DNA from: Waddliaceae bacterium
GTDB taxonomy: Bacteria > Chlamydiota > Chlamydiia > Chlamydiales > SLFE01
NCBI GenBank assembly: GCA_963783885.1
Contig: CAWAPJ010000008.1
Location: 96,001 to 160,000, forward strand
Direction: 5' to 3'
Length of the DNA stretch: 64,000 bases
A program made the position numbers and the translations under genes. Of this stretch, positions 1 through 9,016 are shown piece by piece; the first letter of the stretch is position 1; every line of letters starts with the position of its first letter. Under the pieces are notes generated by a model. It did no database searches and was not told the origin of the DNA. It worked only from the letters and a program-made list of their open reading frames with translations.

Positions 1-727
1 TGAAATGATCGCTGCTTTCGCTGTCTATGAAGTCGAGTATGGAAGGGGCATTGGCGACAAGCTCTAAGTCTTTTTCATCTTTGGAGTCCAGGATGCGGAG
101 AGGATTGATTTCAAAGCGTTTTTGGCTCTCTTTTGACAGTTTGTCGAAATAAGGCTTCAGATAGTCCTTCAAGCTCGCGGCGAATTTGTCTCTGACGTTT
201 TTGTCTCCGATGCAGTTAATGTGGATGTCGAGGTTGTTCAGCCCCAGGCGCTGAAGGAGAGTATACAGCAGGTCGATCACTTCGACATCCTGTTCGGGTG
301 ACCGGTTGCCGATGGTTTCTACTCCGAATTGATGGTGCTGCCGGTACCGTCCTGCCTGCGGACGGTCGTAGCGGAACATGGGAGCGATATAAAAGAATTT
401 TTGGTGCTGCCCGAGATTAGCCAGGTTGTTTTCGATAAAAGAGCGCATAACGGGCGCTGTTCCTTCAGGCCTCAAAGCCATCAGGCGGTCTCCTTTGTCC
501 TTAAAGAGATACATTTCTTTTGAAACGATGTCGGATTCCTCTCCGGAGCTTCTGGTAAACACCTCGGCTCGTTCGAAGATCGGGGTGCGGATTTCGCTAT
601 AGCCATATTCCCGGGCTGTCATCCGAATGATCATTTCAACATAATTCCAGACATGACTGCAGCGCCAGAGTTCCTTGGGATCTTCGGGGAGAATATCAAA
701 AAGGCCGGTGGGAATCTTGTAACTCAT
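1..727 (-). CDS. hisS: Histidine--tRNA ligase, N-terminal part (runs off the left edge)
   Basis: Manual minus-strand translation from ATG 727: MSYKIPTGLFDILP...EIRTPIFE...SDIVSKEMYLFKDKGDRLMALRPEGTAPVMR...APMFRYDRPQAGRYRQHHQFGVE, the class II HisRS motifs. Absent from the ORF track because it is truncated. Confidence 0.95.
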   Translation of the reverse strand, partial: MSYKIPTGLFDILPEDPKELWRCSHVWNYVEMIIRMTAREYGYSEIRTPIFERAEVFTRSSGEESDIVSKEMYLFKDKGDRLMALRPEGTAPVMRSFIENNLANLGQHQKFFYIAPMFRYDRPQAGRYRQHHQFGVETIGNRSPEQDVEVIDLLYTLLQRLGLNNLDIHINCIGDKNVRDKFAASLKDYLKPYFDKLSKESQKRFEINPLRILDSKDEKDLELVANAPSILDFIDSESSDHF

Positions 728-773
728 AGTTCATCGATATTACAAAAATTTGCATTTATTATGAAGAGGGAAT

Positions 774-2564
774 TTAGTGAAGAGCCGTTCCTGGTGTCAC
801 CTTGCCTTCAGGCGATAGGATTTTTCCGGAAGCTTGAATGAGGGGGTTGTAGGGCAGTTTCATTTTTCTGTTGATAGAAGTCTTTTTCATATATGCCAGG
901 AGGCCTGAAGATTTCAGGCTGAAGATAAATTGTTTTTTCGTCAGAGTCTTTCTGCGGAGCACGTATTCTTTATAAAGGCGGCTTAAACTGTGACTGATCG
1001 TGCGCTGCTGGCTGAGGTCGGTTTCCTGGTATTTTTGCAAGTAGCTGACAAGCTTTTCTTTAAAATTCTTATTCGGCTGATCGTTGTTGCTGCTGATTAA
1101 CTCGTAAATTTTCACACCGATCTCTTTTAAGGCATGTTTTCTTGCCTTGTTCAGATTCGCCATTTTCTGATTGAGTTCCGAATGGAAAGTGATCGAAGGG
1201 AGGCTTGTATTCAGTGCGATTTGTTTTTGCGGCTCAGCGTTCCGGCTCATGACAAGGAGTTCGGTTTTGCCGGGAAGATGGGTTTTTTTATCATAGGTAA
1301 AGTAGCCGACTAAAAGGCGCTGGACATCGATGTAGCCGCTGAGATTTTTATAGGCTTTCACTGCGGTCTTCATCCCTTCGGTTGTGTAAAAGACCAGGTT
1401 GGGCGTTGAGATCATGCGGTTTAAGTCCTGCAGATAATCGCTTGTGATCCCGCTTTCAAGAGCGTCGATCAGCAAAGGTTCGGTAATTTTGTAGTAGCGG
1501 GGGGCATTATAGACCAGATTTTGCGCTCCGGGGGCGATGATTTTCAACTCTTCCGGAGGAGTGAACTGAGCTTTCGGATCGGATTTGCCCAGCCTGTCGA
1601 TGGGAATGAGCCTCCCTTCATTGACAAGCAGCGCGATCCGTTTCATTGTCGCCGCGTTCAAGTCGTTGGCGTTGAAAATAATCCTGTTCAACGGTTGGAT
1701 ATCCCTTACTTTCCTAAGCTCCATCTGAGTCGAGTCGATGACAATCGAATCTTTAGGGCTGAACCATCTGATGAAACTGGGTTTGGGCTGCGCGAGGAGG
1801 AGAAAGCGCGACGCGTCATGGTTTGTGTAGATTCTGAGGATATAGGGGAAGTCGGCAAAGTTCCCTTGAGAATCTATGTTGCAGCAGGTGCGGGAGGATT
1901 TGGGGATGATCTGCCCCAGGATTTGTTCGAGGAATATAGGGTCCGACCAATTGCGGTTGGGAGGTTTGATGCTTTGGGTTTTGGCATAAAAAAGGGCCAT
2001 CGCTGCGTCGGAAAGTCCTCTTGCAGCTCTGAGCTCCTCTTCATCGGTTTTGGCGTGGCTGCTGAAGTAAAGAGTGAACGCCGCAGCACTGACAAGGAGT
2101 AAAATCGCCGCGGCAGAGACGCTTACCCAGAAAGGACCCTTGGGAGGATTATCGCCGCTTTTGTTTTCTTCGGGAGCCTCTTCGAGAGAATCGACTTCTT
2201 TCATCAGTAGCGAGACATCGCCGGCAGTCGATTGTGCGGCTTTTGTCGAAACGGAGCCTTCCTGGACAAGGTCGTCAATTTTATGAACAACCACTTCCAC
2301 ATCGTGAAACATCAAAATAGTGCCTTCTCTGAGAGTGCGCCTTCCGAAAGGAAAGTCGTTGTATTTAACGAGGGGATCGTTGGCCAGATTATGGATGGTA
2401 TAGCGTCCTCCCTCTTCAATGATCTTGGCATGAGGCGTCTCGAGTTTTTCTAGGGGCAAAGGGATATCGACATCGGATGAGGATTTCGGACCAAAGGTGA
2501 TCTCGCGTTTTGCAGAGCAAAATTTTTTTTCGCTTTCATTATGCTTAATTATCAGCGTGATCAT
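774..2564 (-). CDS. Membrane-anchored protein with N-terminal FHA-like domain
   Basis: N-terminal ITFG...HAKI...YTIHNL...N...L.EG.IL pattern (degenerate FHA), one TM helix (FWVSVSAAAILLLVSAAAFTLYF) and a large C-terminal domain. ATG 2564 preferred over TTG 2585. Confidence 0.6.
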   Translation of the reverse strand: MITLIIKHNESEKKFCSAKREITFGPKSSSDVDIPLPLEKLETPHAKIIEEGGRYTIHNLANDPLVKYNDFPFGRRTLREGTILMFHDVEVVVHKIDDLVQEGSVSTKAAQSTAGDVSLLMKEVDSLEEAPEENKSGDNPPKGPFWVSVSAAAILLLVSAAAFTLYFSSHAKTDEEELRAARGLSDAAMALFYAKTQSIKPPNRNWSDPIFLEQILGQIIPKSSRTCCNIDSQGNFADFPYILRIYTNHDASRFLLLAQPKPSFIRWFSPKDSIVIDSTQMELRKVRDIQPLNRIIFNANDLNAATMKRIALLVNEGRLIPIDRLGKSDPKAQFTPPEELKIIAPGAQNLVYNAPRYYKITEPLLIDALESGITSDYLQDLNRMISTPNLVFYTTEGMKTAVKAYKNLSGYIDVQRLLVGYFTYDKKTHLPGKTELLVMSRNAEPQKQIALNTSLPSITFHSELNQKMANLNKARKHALKEIGVKIYELISSNNDQPNKNFKEKLVSYLQKYQETDLSQQRTISHSLSRLYKEYVLRRKTLTKKQFIFSLKSSGLLAYMKKTSINRKMKLPYNPLIQASGKILSPEGKVTPGTALH

Positions 2565-2675
2565 TGACCCCTCGGATCGATACAAAATTAGTGCTTAGTT
2601 CTACCACATTTTATATTTTAACGAAAAGCGGCATGAGGAGTTTGACAAAAAGCGCAATTAGAGAACAACGCCTAG

Positions 2676-2831
2676 ACCCTGATTGCTACCTAAACCTCAG
2701 CTAGAGCTTACACGAGTATTCCAGATACAACTGTAGCGTCGACGGCAAGGGTAATCCCTTGCCAAGTCGCTACACGCAGTAGATGGTGTGCTCGTGTAAG
2801 CTCTAGCTGAGGTTTAGGTAGCAATCAGGGT
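2676..2831. mobile_element. 156-bp palindromic MITE related to the IS982-family element at 10509-11548
   Basis: Ends ACCCTGATTGCTACCTAAAC...GTTTAGGTAGCAATCAGGGT. Perfect inverted arms 2676-2716/2791-2831. 5-bp direct repeat CCTAG at 2671-2675 and 2832-2836. No transposase. Confidence 0.92.
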
Positions 2832-2921
2832 CCTAGAGCCATTAACGAAACGAAATACTTATTTTAAAATTCTTAAGTTGTGAATCTAAACAATTAGAAG
2901 GCACTGCAAATCAATAAACTA

Positions 2922-2950
2922 TTGACAATAAATGTGATATATAGTAAATT
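2922..2950 (+). promoter_or_regulatory. Sigma66/sigma70-type promoter
   Basis: TTGACA-17 bp-TAAATT, followed by an AAGGAG RBS before ATG 2977. Confidence 0.55.
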
Positions 2951-2976
2951 TTTATTGTTAAATAAGGAGATTATTT

Positions 2977-3693
2977 ATGTATTTGACTCCCCCGCATTCA
3001 CCAAAACATACTGAAATTGAAAGACCAAGACGAGGTCAAAAGAGGGCTCCGTCTCATAGACTGAATCTCTACACAGATCCGAAGACGAATAAGAAAATTT
3101 TGAAAACCAAAACTTCTACTCTGGTCCTGAAGTCATTTGCCGATGGGGAATTTCATAAGGTTTGGGAAGTCGAGGGGAAGCCGGGCATTTTGATTAAGAC
3201 GCCGCATTTTAAAAGGCGCAGGCAAGAGATCGAACAGTGTTCAAAAGACACAAAATCAGCCTATGATACCCTTTCAAAACGAACAGATCTTCGGGTTGCC
3301 AAAATTACTACATGGATCGAGGACGAGGGTTATTCCATAGTCGAAAGAGTCGATGGAATTCCACCTTTAGCAAATATACGTCCTCTTCTTGCGAAAATGA
3401 TCACAGATCCAAAGCAATGCTATATAGAGGATTTCATGCCGAGAAACATTCGTGCCGACAGCAATGGGACAGTTGTTGTCATTGACCCTACCAGAAACTA
3501 TAACGAGCTGTCATCACAAGATGATAGGGAAGAAATGGCGCTGAAGATCGCCGATTATTATAGAGCTTGGGCTGATGAAAATGCCAAAATCTATCTAAAA
3601 GAGGATATTAACGTCAATGTGCTGTTAGAACTTTCAAAAGATCTCTTCAATCGTGTTGATCAGAGGCTATCAATCGTGAAAGGGTGTTCTTGA
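2977..3693 (+). CDS. Hypothetical protein with divergent protein-kinase-like fold, putative secreted effector
   Basis: FADGEFHKVW (Gly-loop-like), ILIK (catalytic Lys), DFMPRN (D-x4-N catalytic loop) and VVIDP (DFG-equivalent). Disordered Pro/Arg-rich N-terminus. Confidence 0.5.
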   Translation: MYLTPPHSPKHTEIERPRRGQKRAPSHRLNLYTDPKTNKKILKTKTSTLVLKSFADGEFHKVWEVEGKPGILIKTPHFKRRRQEIEQCSKDTKSAYDTLSKRTDLRVAKITTWIEDEGYSIVERVDGIPPLANIRPLLAKMITDPKQCYIEDFMPRNIRADSNGTVVVIDPTRNYNELSSQDDREEMALKIADYYRAWADENAKIYLKEDINVNVLLELSKDLFNRVDQRLSIVKGCS

Positions 3694-3831
3694 TCAATCC
3701 TCCTTCCTACTCTTGAAGCATGTCTCACCAAATACTTACGTCGGAAAAATAAAAATTGCCCGATTGAGGGTGGAATTTTTTGCTAAAATTTCTTATACTG
3801 TAGAATGTTTAATCATAATTTTTAAGGGAAG

Positions 3832-5184
3832 ATGATTACTCAGGTTTTTGGTTTCTTCAAGGCGGCAAGCCCTGCCCGGCCGATAAACGACGAAGCTGCG
3901 GTTAAAAACCAATACCGCTATTGGCGCCTACGCATTTTCTACTCGATGTTTATCGGCTACGTATTCTACTATTTCACCCGCTACAGCTATATTGCCGCCC
4001 TTCCCGCTCTGATGGCCGATCTTGGATATGAAAAAGTGCAGCTTGGCCATTTGGGGACAGTTTTTGCCCTCACTTATGGGCTGAGCAAATTTGTCAGCGG
4101 CATCCTTTCAGACCGGTCCAACCCCCGCTATATAATGGCTGCCGGGTTGATTGTCACCGGCTTTGTGAATATTTTCTTCGGCATGTCTTCTTCCATCGTG
4201 ATTTTTGCTCTGCTCTGGGGAATTAACGGATGGTTTCAAGGCTTCGGCTGGCCTCCCTGCGCCCGCCTCCTCACCCACTGGTATTCTCAAAACGAGAGAG
4301 GGGGATGGTGGTCGACGTGGAATGCCTCGCACAATGTCGGAGGGCTCGCGATTCGTTTTCTGGCCGCGGGATGCACCGCGTATCTCGGCTGGCGCTATGC
4401 TATGTATGTTCCGGGAGTTTTGTGTGTTTTGATGGGATTTTTTCTGATCAACCGATTAAGAGATACTCCTCAGTCTTTGGGGCTTCCCTCTATTGAAAAG
4501 TTTCGAAATGATTATGGTGCTCTCTCGGAAAAAGAAGTTGAAGAGGAAGAAAGGGAACTTTCAACTAAAGAAATTCTTTTCGGGCATGTTCTGCTGAACC
4601 CCTATATTTGGCTTTTGGCCCTTGCGTATTTTCTCGTTTATGTCGTTAGGATCGGCGTTGTCACCTGGGGGGTTCTTTTTCTTGTCGAATCAAAGGGGTA
4701 TTCCAATATATCGGCGAATTTCTGCTTGTCACTTTTTGAAATTGGAGGGTTTTGCGGAAGCTTGTCCGCCGGCTGGATCTCTGACAGGATTTTCAGGGCC
4801 AGACGAGGTCCGGTCAATGTTCTTTTTGCGCTGGCGATGCTCATTTCCATAGGTTTTTTATGGTTTGTTCCACCAGGTTTTTATTGGATGGATTGGGCCG
4901 GAATGATTCTTGTTGGATTTAGTGTTTTTGGTCCGCAAATGATGATCGGAATGGCCGCCGCCGAGCTGGCGCATAAAAAGGCTTCGGCGACAGCCACAGG
5001 ATTTATCGGTTGGTTTGGCTATTTGGGAGCGGCCGCTGCGGGATATCCGCTTGCCAGGATTGCTCAAGATTGGGGGTGGGGAGGTTTTTATTTTGCCTTG
5101 GCATTTTGCTGCCTGGCTTCTATTCTCTTTCTCCTTCCTCTTTGGCCGGCGGGCGCCCGCAGGGCAGAGCCGACGCCGGCTTAA
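3832..5184 (+). CDS. uhpC: MFS hexose-phosphate/Pi antiporter (UhpC/GlpT family)
   Basis: YWRLRIFYSMFIGY, NGWFQGFGWPPC, ERGGWWSTWNASHNVGG and GPQMMIG motifs. Position between hisS and dnaE matches Chlamydia. Confidence 0.9.
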   Translation: MITQVFGFFKAASPARPINDEAAVKNQYRYWRLRIFYSMFIGYVFYYFTRYSYIAALPALMADLGYEKVQLGHLGTVFALTYGLSKFVSGILSDRSNPRYIMAAGLIVTGFVNIFFGMSSSIVIFALLWGINGWFQGFGWPPCARLLTHWYSQNERGGWWSTWNASHNVGGLAIRFLAAGCTAYLGWRYAMYVPGVLCVLMGFFLINRLRDTPQSLGLPSIEKFRNDYGALSEKEVEEEERELSTKEILFGHVLLNPYIWLLALAYFLVYVVRIGVVTWGVLFLVESKGYSNISANFCLSLFEIGGFCGSLSAGWISDRIFRARRGPVNVLFALAMLISIGFLWFVPPGFYWMDWAGMILVGFSVFGPQMMIGMAAAELAHKKASATATGFIGWFGYLGAAAAGYPLARIAQDWGWGGFYFALAFCCLASILFLLPLWPAGARRAEPTPA

Positions 5185-5200
5185 CATTTAGGGGGGAAGT

Positions 5201-8200
5201 ATTTCGTTCGTACATCTACACAATCACTCGCAGTATTCGATACTGGATGCTCTGTCTCCCGTGGATATCATTGCAAAAAGAGCCTCTGAATTTCAAATGC
5301 CGGCGGTCGCTCTAACCGACCATGGCAATATGTTCGGTGTCGTCGAATTCTACAAAGCCTGCAAGCAAGAAGGTGTGAAACCCATTATTGGATGCGAGGT
5401 CTACCTGGCTCCCGGCTCCCGCTTCGAAAAAAAGAAGGGTGCTTACAATAAAGCTTCCTACCATTTGACGCTTCTCGCAAAAAATCAGCAGGGCTATCAC
5501 AATCTTTGCAAGCTCTCGTCAATCGGTTATCTCGAAGGGTTTTATTACAACCCTCGGATTGATTGGGAAGCTTTAGAAAAATACCATGAAGGGTTGATCT
5601 GTTTATCGGGTTGCCTTAGCAGCGAAATTTCCCAGACGATCATCCACGGCTGCGAAGAAGAGGCGCTAGCAAAAATCAGACAGTACCGGGAACTCTTCGG
5701 CGACGATTTTTACCTCGAGATTCAGCGGCATCAAATGTCGGAGGAGGCCATAGAGACGGACGGGCTGAGGAAAGAGGCGTGGCTTGAGCAGTTTTATCAC
5801 GACTTTTTGTCGAAGCAGCTTCAGGTGTCTGAAACTTTGCTAAAAGCCGCAAAAAAGGAAAGCATTCCCCTTATTGCAACAAACGACTGCCATTATATCG
5901 ATAGGGATGACTGGATGTCGCACGAAATTCTCCTCAATGTCCAGTCGGGAGAACCGTGCGAGATTTGGGAGATGGACTCGCTGGGCAATCCAAAATTTCG
6001 AAAGCCCAATCCCAAAAGGCGCACCTATCCCTCCCACGAACTCTACTTCAAATCAAAAGAGGAGATGCATAGCCTTTTTCACGATCTTCCCGATGCTATT
6101 GAAAACACAGTCAGAATCGCCGAAATGTGCGATGTGGAGCTGGACTTTAAGACAAAACATTATCCGGCATACATCCCTCCTTCGCTCGAGGGAAAAAAAT
6201 ACACGAAGAAAAAGCAGAAAGAAGAAGCGGAAAACTATCTTCGCCAGCTATGTGAAAAGGGGATTGCGCGGCGCTATACTCCCGAGAGGCTCGCGGAAGT
6301 GGAAAAAATTTATCCCGGACAGGATTCCATGCAGGTGGTTCAGGACCGCCTTGAGCTTGAAATGAGCATCATCGCCCCGAAAGGGATGTGCGACTATCTC
6401 CTCATTGTTTGGGACTTCATCAACTGGGCCAAGGGACAGGGAATTCCCGTGGGGCCCGGACGGGGATCGGGGGCCGGATCGATTGTCTGCTATCTGATCG
6501 GGATCACCGATATTGAGCCGCTTCGCTTTCAACTATTCTTTGAAAGATTTATCAATCCGGAGAGGCTCTCATACCCCGATATCGACGTTGACATCTGCAT
6601 GTCAAGGCGCGGCGAGGTCATCGCTTATACTCTCAACAAATACGGCAAGGATAACGTCGCGCAGATTATCACATTCGGCACAATGAAAGCTAGGATGACC
6701 GTTAAAGATGTCGGCCGTGTCCTAAATGTCCCTTTGAGCAAAGTGAATCAGATCTGCAAACTCATTCCCGAAGATCTCAACATCACTTTGGAAAAAGCTC
6801 TGGAAAAAGATCATGAACTTAAGAGTATGGTCGACAGGGACGAAGACACGCGGCGGATCATGGAGCGGGGAAAGAAACTTGAAGGCTCCATCCGCAACAC
6901 GGGCATTCATGCTGCCGGCATTGTCGTCTGCGGAGATCCTCTGACCGATTATATTCCGATTTGCAATGCCAAAGATTCCGAGCTTCCCGCAACGCAGTTT
7001 TCCATGAAGCCGGTCGAACAGGTCGGAATGCTCAAAATGGACTTTTTGGGGTTGAAGACTCTGACCTGCATTAAAATGTGTGTCGATGAGATCAGGGAAA
7101 ACCATAGCAGGGAGATCGACTGGGTTAACCTTCCTCTCGACAACGAAGCTGCCTATGAGATTTTGAATCAGGGCAAGACGATGGGGATATTCCAGATGGA
7201 ATCTGGAGGCATGCAGGAACTTGCCCGGAAACTTCATTTGGACCGCTTTGAAGAGATTTTTGCCGTCGGCGCCCTTTACCGCCCCGGTCCCATGGATATG
7301 ATTCCCTCGTTTATCAATCGCAAACATGGACGGGAGCCGATTGAATACGATCATCCCTGGATGGAAAACATTCTTTCCGAAACCTATGGAATTATGGTCT
7401 ACCAGGAACAAGTGATGCAGATCGCTCAAAAAATGGCCGGATACACTCTCGGCGAAGGTGATGTGCTCCGAAAAGCCATGGGGAAAAAAGACCATGACGA
7501 GATGACAAGGCAAAGGGAAAAATTTAGAAAAGGGTGCATTGAAAACGGAATTGACGAGGAGACAGCGACCCTTGTCTTCGACAAGATGGAGAAATTTGCC
7601 TCTTACGGCTTCAATAAATCGCACGCCGCCGCTTATGGCTATATCACATACGTCACTGCTTATCTGAAGGCAAACTACCCCAAAGAGTGGCTTGCCGCTC
7701 TGATGACCTGCGATCGCGACGATACAGCCAAAGTGGCGAAATTCATACGGGAGAGCCAGGCAATGGGGATTGCGGTCCTCCCTCCCGACATCAATGATGC
7801 CGGGGATACATTTGCCGGGGCAGAAGAAGGGATCCGCTTTGCTATTTCGGCGATTAAAGGGGTGGGATCGGGAGTCGTGGAATCCATCTGTGAAGAGAGA
7901 CAAAAAAATGGCCGTTATCAAAGCCTGTACGATTTTATTAAACGAATCGATACAAAACGTGTCGGAAAAAAAGTGATCGAATGTTTAATCGACGCCGGAT
8001 GCTTTGATTTTACCGGCTGGAGCCGCGATGCCCTCCGGGAAAGCGTCGAACCGATGTACGATGCCAGCTCGCGGGAGCAAAAGGATAAGGCTTTGGGATA
8101 TATGAGCCTTTTCGACAATCTCGGCGACACGCGGGAGGATCAATTTGCCAATCCCCCAAAAGTTTTGCATCCCACTTCAAAAAACGAGCTCCTTTTTAAA

Positions 8201-8914
8201 GAAAAAGAGCTATTGGGATTCTTTTTGACAGGACATCCTATGGATGCGTACAAGGACATCATGCAGAGGCTCTCTTGCGTGGCGCTTCGCAATATAGAGG
8301 AAATGGACAATAATTCTGTCTTTCGTTCCGCTGTCCTCATTGAAACTGTCGGTATCCGTTTCTCCAATAAGACGCAGAAGAAATTCGCCATACTCAATAT
8401 CAGCGACGGCATGGTGAGTTATGAGCTTCCCATCTGGCCCGACATTTACGAGCAGAAAAGCCATCTCTTGAATGAAAACCAGCTTCTCTATGCTGTCTTA
8501 GAGTTGGAAAAGGACGGAGGCGACGTGAAGCTGTCATGCCGTTGGCTGGACGATCTCACTCTCGCATCCGAGGAGATGATTGCCGAGTGCGACAAAGCAT
8601 TTGATAAAGCGAAATTTTTTTCCACGAGGAAAGAACAAATGAAAGACAAGCAGCCAAAACAGCCGAAGAAAGAAAAGAAAGGGCCAAGCCAATTTCAAAT
8701 AAAAGTCGACGCCGAAAACTTTCGGCACACCCATGTCTTGAAGCTCAAAGAGCTCTTTGAAAAAAGCCGGGGCGAGACGAAGGTCTCTATCAACTTCTTC
8801 ACAGGGGATAAAAAAATAGCCTCCGTCCATATAGACCATCCTTGGGGAATCGACGTCAGTCCGTCGCTCAAATCCCAGGTTAAATCGCTTGACGGCGTTC
8901 TTGATGCGGGTTAA
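5201..8914 (+). CDS. dnaE: DNA polymerase III alpha subunit; start placed at non-canonical ATT 5201
   Basis: The PHP motif FVHLHNHSQYSILD lies in frame upstream of the track's GTG 5261. Other motifs: ALTDHGN, GPGRGSGAGS, PDIDVD, GFNKSH. Confidence 0.95.
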   Translation: MSFVHLHNHSQYSILDALSPVDIIAKRASEFQMPAVALTDHGNMFGVVEFYKACKQEGVKPIIGCEVYLAPGSRFEKKKGAYNKASYHLTLLAKNQQGYHNLCKLSSIGYLEGFYYNPRIDWEALEKYHEGLICLSGCLSSEISQTIIHGCEEEALAKIRQYRELFGDDFYLEIQRHQMSEEAIETDGLRKEAWLEQFYHDFLSKQLQVSETLLKAAKKESIPLIATNDCHYIDRDDWMSHEILLNVQSGEPCEIWEMDSLGNPKFRKPNPKRRTYPSHELYFKSKEEMHSLFHDLPDAIENTVRIAEMCDVELDFKTKHYPAYIPPSLEGKKYTKKKQKEEAENYLRQLCEKGIARRYTPERLAEVEKIYPGQDSMQVVQDRLELEMSIIAPKGMCDYLLIVWDFINWAKGQGIPVGPGRGSGAGSIVCYLIGITDIEPLRFQLFFERFINPERLSYPDIDVDICMSRRGEVIAYTLNKYGKDNVAQIITFGTMKARMTVKDVGRVLNVPLSKVNQICKLIPEDLNITLEKALEKDHELKSMVDRDEDTRRIMERGKKLEGSIRNTGIHAAGIVVCGDPLTDYIPICNAKDSELPATQFSMKPVEQVGMLKMDFLGLKTLTCIKMCVDEIRENHSREIDWVNLPLDNEAAYEILNQGKTMGIFQMESGGMQELARKLHLDRFEEIFAVGALYRPGPMDMIPSFINRKHGREPIEYDHPWMENILSETYGIMVYQEQVMQIAQKMAGYTLGEGDVLRKAMGKKDHDEMTRQREKFRKGCIENGIDEETATLVFDKMEKFASYGFNKSHAAAYGYITYVTAYLKANYPKEWLAALMTCDRDDTAKVAKFIRESQAMGIAVLPPDINDAGDTFAGAEEGIRFAISAIKGVGSGVVESICEERQKNGRYQSLYDFIKRIDTKRVGKKVIECLIDAGCFDFTGWSRDALRESVEPMYDASSREQKDKALGYMSLFDNLGDTREDQFANPPKVLHPTSKNELLFKEKELLGFFLTGHPMDAYKDIMQRLSCVALRNIEEMDNNSVFRSAVLIETVGIRFSNKTQKKFAILNISDGMVSYELPIWPDIYEQKSHLLNENQLLYAVLELEKDGGDVKLSCRWLDDLTLASEEMIAECDKAFDKAKFFSTRKEQMKDKQPKQPKKEKKGPSQFQIKVDAENFRHTHVLKLKELFEKSRGETKVSINFFTGDKKIASVHIDHPWGIDVSPSLKSQVKSLDGVLDAG

Positions 8915-9016
8915 CCGCTCTCAAATCTTTGGCAGGTTACAGTTCCCCAAAAGCAAACAGTTTGAGTAGAATTTTTTTTGGTTATTTGTAAAATTAACAT
9001 AAATCAGCAGAGGTTT

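Noticed and set aside
2676..2836. MITE as an in-frame protein-coding insertion (Rickettsia palindromic element style)
   Set aside because: It is intergenic here, and element plus duplication is 161 bp, which is not a multiple of three.
6722..7921. 399-aa minus-strand ORF, and similar long antisense ORFs such as 29532-30398 and 1521-2102
   Set aside because: Shadow frames of dnaE, rplC and the FHA gene, with no recognisable motifs.
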